From positions 32,001-96,000 of IMG/VR virus record IMGVR_UViG_3300012347_000452: a stretch of DNA of 64,000 nucleotides; one strand, given 5' to 3'. Within the stretch, counting starts at the first letter, position 1; every line of letters starts with the position of its first letter. Of this stretch, positions 1-7,770 are shown in pieces. The notes beneath the pieces were generated by a model, which worked only from the letters and a program-made list of their open reading frames with translations, was not told the origin of the DNA and made no database searches. Made by a program: the position numbers and the translations under genes. This stretch comes from a virus.

Positions 1-1
1 C

Positions 2-1267
2 CAGGGTCCGGAGAATCCGAAGGTCGATGTCTTCCCCGACGACCCGCGCTACGACTACCAGATGGACACAGTCAACAGGCTGCTCAAGCACGGCACGATG
101 ATTGCCCAGGTGGCCACCGGTGGCGGCAAGTCCCGCATCGCCCGCCTGGCGTTCATGCGCATCAACCGCCCCACCCTCTTTCTCACCACGCGCGGCATCC
201 TCATGTACCAGATGAAGGAGACGTTCGAGAAGGACTTGGGCATTCCCTGCTCGGTGCTGGGTGACGGCCAGTTTGGCCACACCGACAAGGACGGCCGCCA
301 GTTCATCAAGAAGATGTGCGTGGGCATGGTGCAGACCCTGGTCTCGCGCCTGCAAGAGGCCAACCCCGACGATCCGGTGGACGTGCAGAATCGCCAGACC
401 GCGATCCGCAACCAGACCATCGCCCTGCTCGGCAAGTTCGAGTTCGTGATCGGCGAGGAAGCCCACGAGGCGTCGGGCAACAGCTATTACGAGATTCTTC
501 GCCACTGCAAGAACGCCCACTACCGCCTGGCCATCACCGCGACGCCCTTCATGAAGGAAAGCGAGGAGTCGAACATGCGCCTGATGGCCGCGTTCGGCTC
601 GATCGGCATCAAGGTCTCCGAGAAGCTCCTGATCGACCGGGGCATCCTGGCCAAACCCATCTTCAAGATCATGAGCCTGGCCAACAAGCCCAAGAACCTG
701 CTGCGCGGCACACCGTGGCAGGGTGCGTACCGGCTGGGCGTGGTCAACAACGAGGACCGCAACAACGCCATCGCGTTCGAGGCTCACCGGGCGGCTGCGA
801 ACGGCATGTCGGTGATGATCCTGATCCAGCAAAAAGCGCATGGCCACCTCCTCGAGGCTCTGCTGGGCAAGCGCGGGCTCAAAGCGGTGTTCATCGACGG
901 GGACAACAACCAAGACGAGCGCAAGAAAGCGCTCTCAGACCTCGCCAACGGGTACATCGACGCGCTGATCGGTTCGACCATCCTGGACGTGGGCGTTGAC
1001 GTGCCAGCGGTCGGAATGGTGATCCTGGCAGGTGGGGGCAAGGCCGAGGTCGCGCTGCGCCAGCGCATCGGTCGCGGTCTGCGCGCCAAGAAGCGTGGCC
1101 CGAACATCGCGCTCATCGTGGACTTCTATGACGAGCACAACCGCTACCTGAAGGACCACAGCTTTCAGCGCCTCTCGATCATCAAGGGCACCGAGGGTTT
1201 CGGCGAGAACATCCTTCCCGATGGTGCTGATTTCGACTACAAAGCGCTCGGCCTGGCCACAAAATGA
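2..1267 (+). CDS. Superfamily 2 (DEAD/UvsW-like) helicase, 5'-truncated by the window
   Basis: Q-motif YDYQ upstream of the listed start (frame open to window edge), Walker A ATGGGKS, EEAH motif II, TAT motif III, GVDVP, QRIGRGLR motif VI. Confidence 0.9.
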   Translation, partial: QGPENPKVDVFPDDPRYDYQMDTVNRLLKHGTMIAQVATGGGKSRIARLAFMRINRPTLFLTTRGILMYQMKETFEKDLGIPCSVLGDGQFGHTDKDGRQFIKKMCVGMVQTLVSRLQEANPDDPVDVQNRQTAIRNQTIALLGKFEFVIGEEAHEASGNSYYEILRHCKNAHYRLAITATPFMKESEESNMRLMAAFGSIGIKVSEKLLIDRGILAKPIFKIMSLANKPKNLLRGTPWQGAYRLGVVNNEDRNNAIAFEAHRAAANGMSVMILIQQKAHGHLLEALLGKRGLKAVFIDGDNNQDERKKALSDLANGYIDALIGSTILDVGVDVPAVGMVILAGGGKAEVALRQRIGRGLRAKKRGPNIALIVDFYDEHNRYLKDHSFQRLSIIKGTEGFGENILPDGADFDYKALGLATK

Positions 1268-1287
1268 GTCAAGTTTGTTGGTCAGTG

Positions 1288-1316
1288 GTGACATAGGCGT
1301 GCCTTTGGTTTACAGT
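1288..1316 (+). promoter_or_regulatory. Sigma70-like promoter overlapped by a GTCA-N4-TGAC site (1280-1293)
   Basis: GTGACA-17 bp-TACAGT upstream of the ORF at 1341. Confidence 0.55.
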
Positions 1317-1340
1317 GGGCACTTCAACAGAAAGGCCACC

Positions 1341-1535
1341 ATGAACCATGCCCTCATCCTCAACCTGGCCATTGTCGCCCTGATCGTTGCGGCGCTTCTG
1401 ATCACGAGCAATCCGCTTGCCTTGCTGGCCGTCGCCTTCATCCGCGACATGCCGTTCGGGCTGCTTGCTCAGGATGATGAAGAAGAAGCTGATGAAAAGG
1501 GACGCCCTATCGGTTTTGTTCATCATGAGGACTGA
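1341..1535 (+). CDS. Small membrane protein
   Basis: AGAAAGG RBS before ATG; hydrophobic N-terminal half, acidic tail. Confidence 0.7.
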   Translation: MNHALILNLAIVALIVAALLITSNPLALLAVAFIRDMPFGLLAQDDEEEADEKGRPIGFVHHED

Positions 1536-1591
1536 AGTTCTCTGATTCACGACCACTTTTGCCATTTCGGTTCGTTTGAACCGTGCTCCAT

Positions 1592-1618
1592 AAGCCCCGT
1601 CATCGGGGCTTTATTTTT
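1592..1618 (+). terminator. Rho-independent terminator
   Basis: AAGCCCCG-TCAT-CGGGGCTT followed by T-rich tract. Confidence 0.8.
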
Positions 1619-1699
1619 GTCACAAATTTTTGTATAAGGTTTGCTGATTTCTTGCTATACTACATTTAGCACTTTTGCTGAAACATACAAGGAAACACC

Positions 1700-2017
1700 A
1701 TGACTGATGCTGAAACCAACCCCGTCGAACCCACGACCGCCGAAGTCAAATCCGTCCCCAAGCGCACCGCCATCGTTCTGGAACCCGAAATCCAGGACCA
1801 GGTCGCCGTTCTGGCTCGCACGCACAAGCTCCCCCAGGGCCTCGTGATCCAGACCATGATCGACATGGTCCGCGACAAACCCGAGTTCATCGCCGCACTG
1901 CAAGCCAAGCGCGTGGAGAAGGTCAGCAACCGCACCGGCAAGACCGCTCTGCTCAAGCGTCTGGCCAAACTCTCGGCCGAAGAGCTGGAAGCGCTCACCA
2001 GCAACATCAAGGTCTGA
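1700..2017 (+). CDS. Small putative DNA-binding protein (possibly ribbon-helix-helix)
   Basis: AAGGAA RBS, TGcTATACT extended -10 upstream; KRTAIVL strand followed by helices. Confidence 0.65.
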   Translation: MTDAETNPVEPTTAEVKSVPKRTAIVLEPEIQDQVAVLARTHKLPQGLVIQTMIDMVRDKPEFIAALQAKRVEKVSNRTGKTALLKRLAKLSAEELEALTSNIKV

Positions 2018-2021
2018 GCCT

Positions 2022-2414
2022 GTGACCCCCGAACAGTACCTGGCACTCGCTCGTCGCAGCGGGGCCACTGTTTACACGAACCGCCACTACCCGCTTCAGC
2101 CGGCGGTGGCATTCAGCCACTCCGCGTGGTTGAAGTTCTGCGCCCTGATCGATCAGTCACCCGTGACCCACGCGGATGATCCATGCCCAGGGTGCAGGCC
2201 GGGGGGTGTCTGCCGTACTCCGAGCTGCGGACGCTTGTCGAAGATGAACCTGGCCAAAGCCACGAACGTCGATGACCGGCTCTCTGAAGCGCTTGAGAAG
2301 AACGGTGGCAAGACCGGCTGGCCACCTGGACTGCTCCAGGACGACTCTCGCGGGCTCTCGAAGTGGTTTGCCACTCGTCCCGATGCTCTCTACACACTGA
2401 GGAACTCAAAATGA
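2022..2414 (+). CDS. Hypothetical protein
   Basis: ORF in tightly packed plus-strand operon. Confidence 0.55.
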   Translation: MTPEQYLALARRSGATVYTNRHYPLQPAVAFSHSAWLKFCALIDQSPVTHADDPCPGCRPGGVCRTPSCGRLSKMNLAKATNVDDRLSEALEKNGGKTGWPPGLLQDDSRGLSKWFATRPDALYTLRNSK

Positions 2415-2617
2415 CCGAAGGCGAAATTATCTTCATTGGCGGCATCTTCGGCACGATCGTGCTCGTTGTCGCGATGGTTCTGGGCTACCACCTTTACACC
2501 AACTCGTTGAACCGCCAGGCCTACCTCGAGTGTCTGAGGACCGCCGAGCGAATCAACGAGAATGACCACAGCCAAGGCGTTCGCATCACATCGGTCCCAA
2601 GCTGCTATCTGCGATGA
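2411..2617 (+). CDS. Hypothetical membrane protein
   Basis: GAGGAA RBS, ATGA overlap, one TM segment. Confidence 0.6.
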   Translation: MTEGEIIFIGGIFGTIVLVVAMVLGYHLYTNSLNRQAYLECLRTAERINENDHSQGVRITSVPSCYLR

Positions 2618-2931
2618 ACACCTCGGCACACAAGCCGGAGCTCTGGCAGTTCCGATGGTTGAACCCAAGCGGGGAACCCCAACCCGCCTCGGTACTGGAG
2701 TGGAAGATCGTCGAACCGCTCTGGAACCAAACGGTCGAGCAAAAGTGCGCGGAGCTTCTCGCCTTCCGGTACAAGAACAAGCCGATGTACGAGGTCAGGG
2801 GGCTCTACGCCCATTCGCCATTCGCGAACAGCGAACAGACCGTCGTCATCGACCGAGCCTGCTTCGAGCGGGGCTGTCCCTGCCATGACGTTGGCGACAA
2901 AGACGCCGTCATCGTTCGGAGCGTCCCATGA
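2614..2931 (+). CDS. Hypothetical protein
   Basis: ATGA-coupled ORF. Confidence 0.6.
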   Translation: MNTSAHKPELWQFRWLNPSGEPQPASVLEWKIVEPLWNQTVEQKCAELLAFRYKNKPMYEVRGLYAHSPFANSEQTVVIDRACFERGCPCHDVGDKDAVIVRSVP

Positions 2932-3113
2932 CCGACCAACCGATCCTGGGCTACGACAAAGCGGGCCAACCCATCTACGAGACCAAGCGGGGCTTCATCT
3001 ACACGGCCGCGTGCATCCTGTGCTCTGAGTGCAAGACCGTGATCCGGGGAATGGGCGGCCCGAAGCACGGAAGCACCTGCGTGCCCTGCCACGACGCGAG
3101 GAAGCACTCATGA
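2928..3113 (+). CDS. Small Cys-rich (CxxC...CxxC) protein
   Basis: ATGA-coupled; two CxxC pairs. Confidence 0.55.
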   Translation: MTDQPILGYDKAGQPIYETKRGFIYTAACILCSECKTVIRGMGGPKHGSTCVPCHDARKHS

Positions 3114-3496
3114 GAGTTCTGGTGTGTGGTGGACGCGACTTCACCGACTCGGCTTTCGTGGACTGGGTGCTCGACACACTTCACAAGCGAAAGCCCATCA
3201 CGATCGTCATCCACGGGTGTGCACAGGGCGCTGACACGCTCGGGGAGAAATGGGCCGCCAGGCAGGACGGTGTCACCTCTTACGGGGTGCCTGCGGACTG
3301 GAAGAAGCATGGTCAACGTGCGGGGTTTGTGCGCAATCGACTCATGCTCGAACATGGCAAGCCAGAACTGATCGTTGCGTTCGAGGGAGGTGCCGGCACA
3401 CGGGACATGACGACTGCGGCGACAGCCGCCGGAGTCAAAGTCCTGTTCGCCGAGAAGCTCCGCTCTCACTTCGACGCAAGGCCGCCGTGGGAGTGA
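3110..3496 (+). CDS. SLOG/YspA-like (DUF2493) protein
   Basis: MRVLVCGGRDF, IHGCAQGAD, AGFVRN, AFEGGAGT motifs. Confidence 0.85.
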   Translation: MRVLVCGGRDFTDSAFVDWVLDTLHKRKPITIVIHGCAQGADTLGEKWAARQDGVTSYGVPADWKKHGQRAGFVRNRLMLEHGKPELIVAFEGGAGTRDMTTAATAAGVKVLFAEKLRSHFDARPPWE

Positions 3497-3831
3497 TGTT
3501 CACCTATAAGGATAGAGGTATCGGGTATCGGGAAATGGGGGCCGGGGTGTGGGGTCTGGAGCCGATGTATAAGGATTGGTCCCTGGGGTCTGGGGCCTGT
3601 GTAAGGATCGGTCTGGGGAGGTGGAAGACGAGGAAGGGGTCGCTCACGCACCGATAGCTTTTTTCTAAGACTATCGGTTTCTCATAGGTTTTTACAATGT
3701 ATGCGCGATGACCATCACACCGAAAACACCTACCACAAAAAGACACCAATTGAAAGCATTATCTGACATAATTTTCACCTCTTTTTTGACAACCGACTGA
3801 CACTGTAAGGTGTCAGTCAGTCACTCATGAA

Positions 3832-4512
3832 TTACTTATAAAAAGCAATAATTGCTTCAGCTTTGTCGTTTTGCTTGAATGATATCGCATCATTCTTTTT
3901 AGCTTTAATGACATTACAAATGTCTAAAAACCTAAGCATTTGACGCGATGACGACAATTGAGTCGTCGCGGTGTTTTCACTGACATTCAAGAGTGCTCGA
4001 ACATTCTGAACCTGTTCAGTCTCAGAGTAAACGACCGTTTTTGTAAGTGACATCAGACCTGACTTATTTGTCAGTGTTTCATTCTTTGTAAGATTGAAAA
4101 GAATGCTATTTGTATAAGGGTCTAACTCGCTTTTTTGCTTTGTTGCAAGTGCATAAATGCAATCGCGTATTTTGGTTATCACTTTCAACGCTACATAATT
4201 TTCTGAACCTTTAGTACCTGTTTTTATTGCATTTGCAAGAGTTACAAGCGATTCAGGTGAAGTAAAACCGTTTTTAATAACATGTTCGATTTGCACCGCA
4301 AAACGAGCACTTTTTATCTCATTCAAGTCTGAGATTATCGTTTTGCACTTTGCGTTTTCAGGTTGTGCTTTTCTGAACTCGCATGCATCAATGAATGCTT
4401 GCTGAATTGCTTTGTAGTCAACCGCTTGAACCGCGTCAACCGCTTGCACTACTAGTGGTGTCTTGGTGGTCTTGGTGGTCTTGGTGGTCTTGGTGGTGGT
4501 CTTGGTAGACAT
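3832..4512 (-). CDS. Hypothetical AT-rich protein, distant paralog of 16295-17134
   Basis: GAGG RBS before ATG at 4512; TTK repeats at N-terminus; own leader hairpin and TATAAT. Confidence 0.75.
   Translation of the reverse strand: MSTKTTTKTTKTTKTTKTPLVVQAVDAVQAVDYKAIQQAFIDACEFRKAQPENAKCKTIISDLNEIKSARFAVQIEHVIKNGFTSPESLVTLANAIKTGTKGSENYVALKVITKIRDCIYALATKQKSELDPYTNSILFNLTKNETLTNKSGLMSLTKTVVYSETEQVQNVRALLNVSENTATTQLSSSRQMLRFLDICNVIKAKKNDAISFKQNDKAEAIIAFYK
4418..4506. repeat. Two 9-bp coding tandem repeats
   Basis: GTCTTGGTG about x5 (TTK repeats) and a TCAACCGCT-type unit x3 (QAV/DAV repeats). Confidence 0.8.
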
Positions 4513-4900
4513 AGAAACCTCATAAGTTGAATTGTGCAAAATCGCACTTTATGCGCACGAAAACCATGCGCATAAAATGAGACTTTAGATTTTTAAAGAA
4601 CTTCAGTGATGCACCGCGATGAGTGCATGAGTCAAATTATACATGCTTTTTTTGTGCAAACGGTGACTTTTTTCACCTTGCACAAAAAAAATGTGAAAAG
4701 ACCTGATTTTCAGCAAATCGATTTAAACGCGTTTTAAGGTGCTTTTTAGCGGTTTTTGTGCGAGTTGATACAGATGCACCAGACACCTCGAAAAAATCGA
4801 TTGTAGAGCGTTCTGGTGGGTTTGAGTACTTTTGTGCAACGACTCAATTTTCACAAAATAGTTGGTACGGTTTTTGAATGCACGCAAAGTGCATTTTGTG

Positions 4901-5055
4901 ACTGAACAGTATTTTTCCTACTGAACGGTCTGGTTTTCGACTGAACCGACCAGTCGGCAAATAGGCGGTCTGGTTTGCTACTGAACGGTCTGGTTTCTGA
5001 CTGAACTGTTCAGTAGGCGACTGAACGGTCTATTCGGCGACTGCACCGACCAGTA
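4901..5055. repeat. 20-bp-period array of degenerate ACTGAACnGTTCAGT palindromes (iteron-like)
   Basis: ACTGAAC at 4901, 4920, 4940, 4980, 5000, 5020 and ACTGCAC at 5040. Confidence 0.75.
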
Positions 5056-5149
5056 GGCGACCAGGCGGTCGTTCGGCAACTAGGCGGTCGGCAGGCGACC
5101 GAGCGGTCTGCGCACGACCTGCGCTCGTCCTAACCTGCGCGTACTTCGT

Positions 5150-5400
5150 CCTAGCCGTACCCCTACTTCGACCCAGCCGTACTCCTAAACTCGTCCTTAC
5201 TTCGGTCCACCCGTACTCCGAGGCATCCCTAGGCAAGCCCTTGGATCGTTCCTTGGACGCATCCTTGGATGACGCCCTAGGCAAGCCCTTGGATCGCCTC
5301 TTGGATCGTTCCTAGGCTTCGTGTGCCCCTACGCACACTTCGTTTCGCCCATACATCGCCTAACTTCACCCTACCCGTACTCCGAGGCATTCCTAGGGCG
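5150..5400. repeat. CCTWGG / CCGTACTCC spacer array 1
   Basis: CCTWGG at 5228, 5239, 5251, 5263, 5276, 5287, 5311, 5392. Confidence 0.8.
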
Positions 5401-5412
5401 AGAACGATGCTG

Positions 5413-5437
5413 AAAAACCGAGCTTGGGTGCTCGGTT
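5413..5437 (-). terminator. Terminator, AACCGAGC family copy 1
   Basis: AACCGAGC-6 nt-GCTCGGTT plus T run on minus strand, just after the 5444 stop. Confidence 0.8.
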
Positions 5438-5443
5438 CGGTGC

Positions 5444-5761
5444 TTACATGTCCAAGTCAGTCGCGCTCATGTTGGACATCTCAGCAAGCGCTTCACGGTA
5501 GGAGTCGTGTTTGCTGAATGCGATCAAGTCCCCTACCTTGTCGTCAACCGAGTTGGTGATTCCAATGAACCAGAACTCTGTGTTTCCATTTGTGATCTCA
5601 ACGATCGCGTAGTCGTTTCCATCGTTCGCGGTGAATAGGACTCGAACCTGCTCATCTTGAGTTTTCCAAAAGCTCATTAGCTGTCGAAAGATGGAAAGGT
5701 TGTGACCGTAGGGGTTGGTATGAAATGCGTCGCGAAGGTCGCTGAAAGTTTGGAAGCGCAT
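5444..5761 (-). CDS. Hypothetical protein (cassette 2)
   Basis: ORF between its own TATAAT/leader hairpin and terminator. Confidence 0.7.
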   Translation of the reverse strand: MRFQTFSDLRDAFHTNPYGHNLSIFRQLMSFWKTQDEQVRVLFTANDGNDYAIVEITNGNTEFWFIGITNSVDDKVGDLIAFSKHDSYREALAEMSNMSATDLDM

Positions 5762-5769
5762 AGGAGCTT

Positions 5770-5817
5770 TCGGTGAAGTACTACAAAATCGTAGAACCTT
5801 GATTATAACTTCACCGA
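5770..5817 (-). promoter_or_regulatory. TATAAT promoter with CTAC-GATTTT-GTAG leader hairpin inside a 10-bp inverted repeat
   Basis: TATAAT 5802-5807; hairpin 5781-5794; TCGGTGAAGT/ACTTCACCGA arms. Confidence 0.7.
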
Positions 5818-5871
5818 TGTTGAAAAATGTAGGGTGAATTCAAACGCCCGAACGTCCAACGCCTACCGTGG

Positions 5872-5927
5872 CCTAGGAATGCCTAGGCCGAGATTCCTAG
5901 GCCGGTGTCCTTGGCCTGGTTCCTAGG
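5872..5927. repeat. CCTWGG spacer array 2
   Basis: CCTWGG at 5872, 5882, 5896, 5909, 5922. Confidence 0.8.
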
Positions 5928-5944
5928 CCGAGGTTTGTAGTTTG

Positions 5945-5968
5945 AAAACCGAGCATGGACGCTCGGTT
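5945..5968 (-). terminator. Terminator, AACCGAGC family copy 2
   Basis: AACCGAGC-6 nt-GCTCGGTT plus T run. Confidence 0.8.
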
Positions 5969-5978
5969 CTCGGACCGC

Positions 5979-6266
5979 TTATTCTGATCGGACCGCGACG
6001 TTCAGCATCGCTTCAAGTCCGACCTCGTCGAACTTCTTCAACCAGGACGAATACGCTCTGGTAGCAGGACCGTTCATCTCGTTCGGACGCTCACCGCTGA
6101 TCTTTGATCGGACGCTAGAGAGCATCACACCGAGCGGTTTACTCGGACGCTTGTCACAATCGCGTTGGTAAGTAAATCGGACGAACGGTTCATATTTGCA
6201 AACCGCGCTAGGGTTTTCACTTTGACCAACAGCGATGATGGTGATCGGAGATTCTTTCTTGCTCAT
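5979..6266 (-). CDS. Hypothetical protein (cassette 3)
   Basis: ORF coupled to 6263-6472. Confidence 0.65.
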   Translation of the reverse strand: MSKKESPITIIAVGQSENPSAVCKYEPFVRFTYQRDCDKRPSKPLGVMLSSVRSKISGERPNEMNGPATRAYSSWLKKFDEVGLEAMLNVAVRSE

Positions 6267-6472
6267 GCTGCGCTTTCAGGACGTGTCATGGTGAAGCTCT
6301 GACCAACGAGGTCGTAGGGCAAATCTTCACACTCGTCACACAGGTCGGACGCGACATAAGGTAAGACGGACGCTGGTAGCAACGACTCGAAGGTCGGACC
6401 ACCATCTTGCGTGAACACGCAGGCGAAGGTGTCGAAGTGAGAATCGTAGGACTTGATGAGAATATTTAGCAT
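6263..6472 (-). CDS. Hypothetical protein (cassette 3)
   Basis: ORF directly downstream of TATAAT and leader hairpin. Confidence 0.65.
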   Translation of the reverse strand: MLNILIKSYDSHFDTFACVFTQDGGPTFESLLPASVLPYVASDLCDECEDLPYDLVGQSFTMTRPESAA

Positions 6473-6489
6473 CGGACGCTTTCAAAGAA

Positions 6490-6519
6490 TCACTGCAAAA
6501 TCACAGTGAACCGATTATA
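6490..6519 (-). promoter_or_regulatory. TATAAT promoter with CACTGT-GATTTT-GCAGTG leader hairpin
   Basis: TATAAT 6514-6519; hairpin 6490-6509. Confidence 0.7.
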
Positions 6520-6571
6520 ACATCGCGTTATGTGGAAAATAACGGACATTTTCAACCGCCCTATCACCGAC

Positions 6572-6735
6572 CCTAGGCTTTCCCCTTGGATTTCTCCTTG
6601 GACTACGCCTAGGCATCCCTTGGACCGTTCCTAGGCTCGTTCCTAGACTCATGCCTGCTTCTCCGTGGCCGTACTCCTAGGCCCATCCCTGCTTCTTCCT
6701 ACCCGTACTCCTAGGCTTCTCCGTGGCCGTACCCG
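6572..6735. repeat. CCTWGG / CCGTACTCC spacer array 3
   Basis: CCTWGG at 6572, 6584, 6596, 6608, 6618, 6630, 6676, 6710. Confidence 0.8.
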
Positions 6736-6743
6736 AACATGAG

Positions 6744-6765
6744 AAAACCGAGCCTAAACTCGGTT
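6744..6765 (-). terminator. Terminator, AACCGAG family copy 3
   Basis: AACCGAG-6 nt-CTCGGTT plus T run. Confidence 0.75.
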
Positions 6766-6777
6766 CATTGGAAGCGA

Positions 6778-7008
6778 TTAGGCTTCTGCGTAATCTTCTT
6801 CGGACGCATTGAGCGCCCACAGAGCAGCGTCAAGCCCTGGTTTCGCATACCGAACGAGTCCAACCTGGCCCTCAAACGCGACCAGGTATTTCCAACCTCC
6901 GTCGTTCAGAGGAACCGCACACAGGGTCTCTCCCGTGTTGAGGTCCACAGTTGTGCCCATCTGAGCTTGCGTGAGTTGGGCGGGAGTGAGGGCGATGATT
7001 TTGTTCAT
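6778..7008 (-). CDS. Hypothetical protein (cassette 4)
   Basis: AGGAAA RBS; ends next to the terminator. Confidence 0.65.
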   Translation of the reverse strand: MNKIIALTPAQLTQAQMGTTVDLNTGETLCAVPLNDGGWKYLVAFEGQVGLVRYAKPGLDAALWALNASEEDYAEA

Positions 7009-7028
7009 GGATGTTTCCTGGTGATTTG

Positions 7029-7265
7029 TTAGGCGTTCAAGGTGGGCACGTACATGTCACTCACGGTGATTCCCCATGAGACGAAGTGACCGTGACAGAG
7101 GACTTGCTCCAACCAATTGATTGCCTCCTCATCTGTGAAAAGATGGAAGACGTTGAAGATGCGCTCGGGCGCTTCCGCTTTTACCGCGTAGGGTAGTGAC
7201 TCATGGAACATGGACTTGAGAACATTGCGGGCTTTGTCCGCATCGCAGGTGGAAGAGAAGGACAT
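7029..7265 (-). CDS. Hypothetical protein (cassette 4)
   Basis: AAGGAG RBS before ATG at 7265. Confidence 0.7.
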   Translation of the reverse strand: MSFSSTCDADKARNVLKSMFHESLPYAVKAEAPERIFNVFHLFTDEEAINWLEQVLCHGHFVSWGITVSDMYVPTLNA

Positions 7266-7291
7266 GGTGGTCTCCTTATATAAGAAGGGTG

Positions 7292-7336
7292 CAGTGCAAA
7301 ATCGCACTGACTCAAATATAACCAATGAACTCAGGA
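7292..7336 (-). promoter_or_regulatory. Promoter TCCTGAGTTC-N6-TATATT with CAGTGC-GATTTT-GCACTG leader hairpin
   Basis: Motifs read directly; same register as 14371-14433 and 50439-50480. Confidence 0.7.
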
Positions 7337-7340
7337 CAAA

Positions 7341-7770
7341 CTTATAGGAACGAGGGAACCTTATAGGGAATCTTATAGGGGGAAGGACGACGCTCTCCTA
7401 GGCATCCCACGGACGAATCCATGCTTTTCCCCTAGGGAGATACTTTCCTAGGCCGGTGCCTTGGAACGAGCCTAGGGAATGACGCCTAGGGATGCCGAGG
7501 ACGACGTGCCCACACTTCTTCCTACCCGTACTCCAAATCAGGCCATACAGGCGTCGCCCCGTACTCCGAGGCTCGTTCTCCCTAGGGAAGAAGCAGGATG
7601 GCTCGGGCGGCGAGATTTTTTCCTGTAAGGTTTTGGGAAAGTGAGGATGAAATGATGAGGGGAATACTTCGCCCACACATTGGTTCCACATTGGTTCCAC
7701 ATTGACCCTTTCTCCGTAGCCTGACTCTCTTCCCTACTCCTCTCATCCATAGGCTTCTCCCTAGGCTCAT
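7341..7770. repeat. Non-coding repeat block: CTTATAGG x3, CCTWGG array 4, CACATTGGTTC tandem repeat
   Basis: CTTATAGG 7341/7360/7372; CCTWGG 7397-7765; 11-bp tandem 7676-7707. Confidence 0.7.

Noticed and set aside
5940-6550. About 16 GGAC tetramers nearly all on the plus strand
   Set aside because: Largely explained by GCC avoidance in codon pairs such as CGT-CCG and GCG-TCC on the coding strand; treated as part of the motif-avoidance finding.
4901-7770. Possible CRISPR array in the repeat-rich block
   Set aside because: Repeats are 6-20 bp and degenerate, with no constant repeat separated by unique spacers; no cas genes seen.
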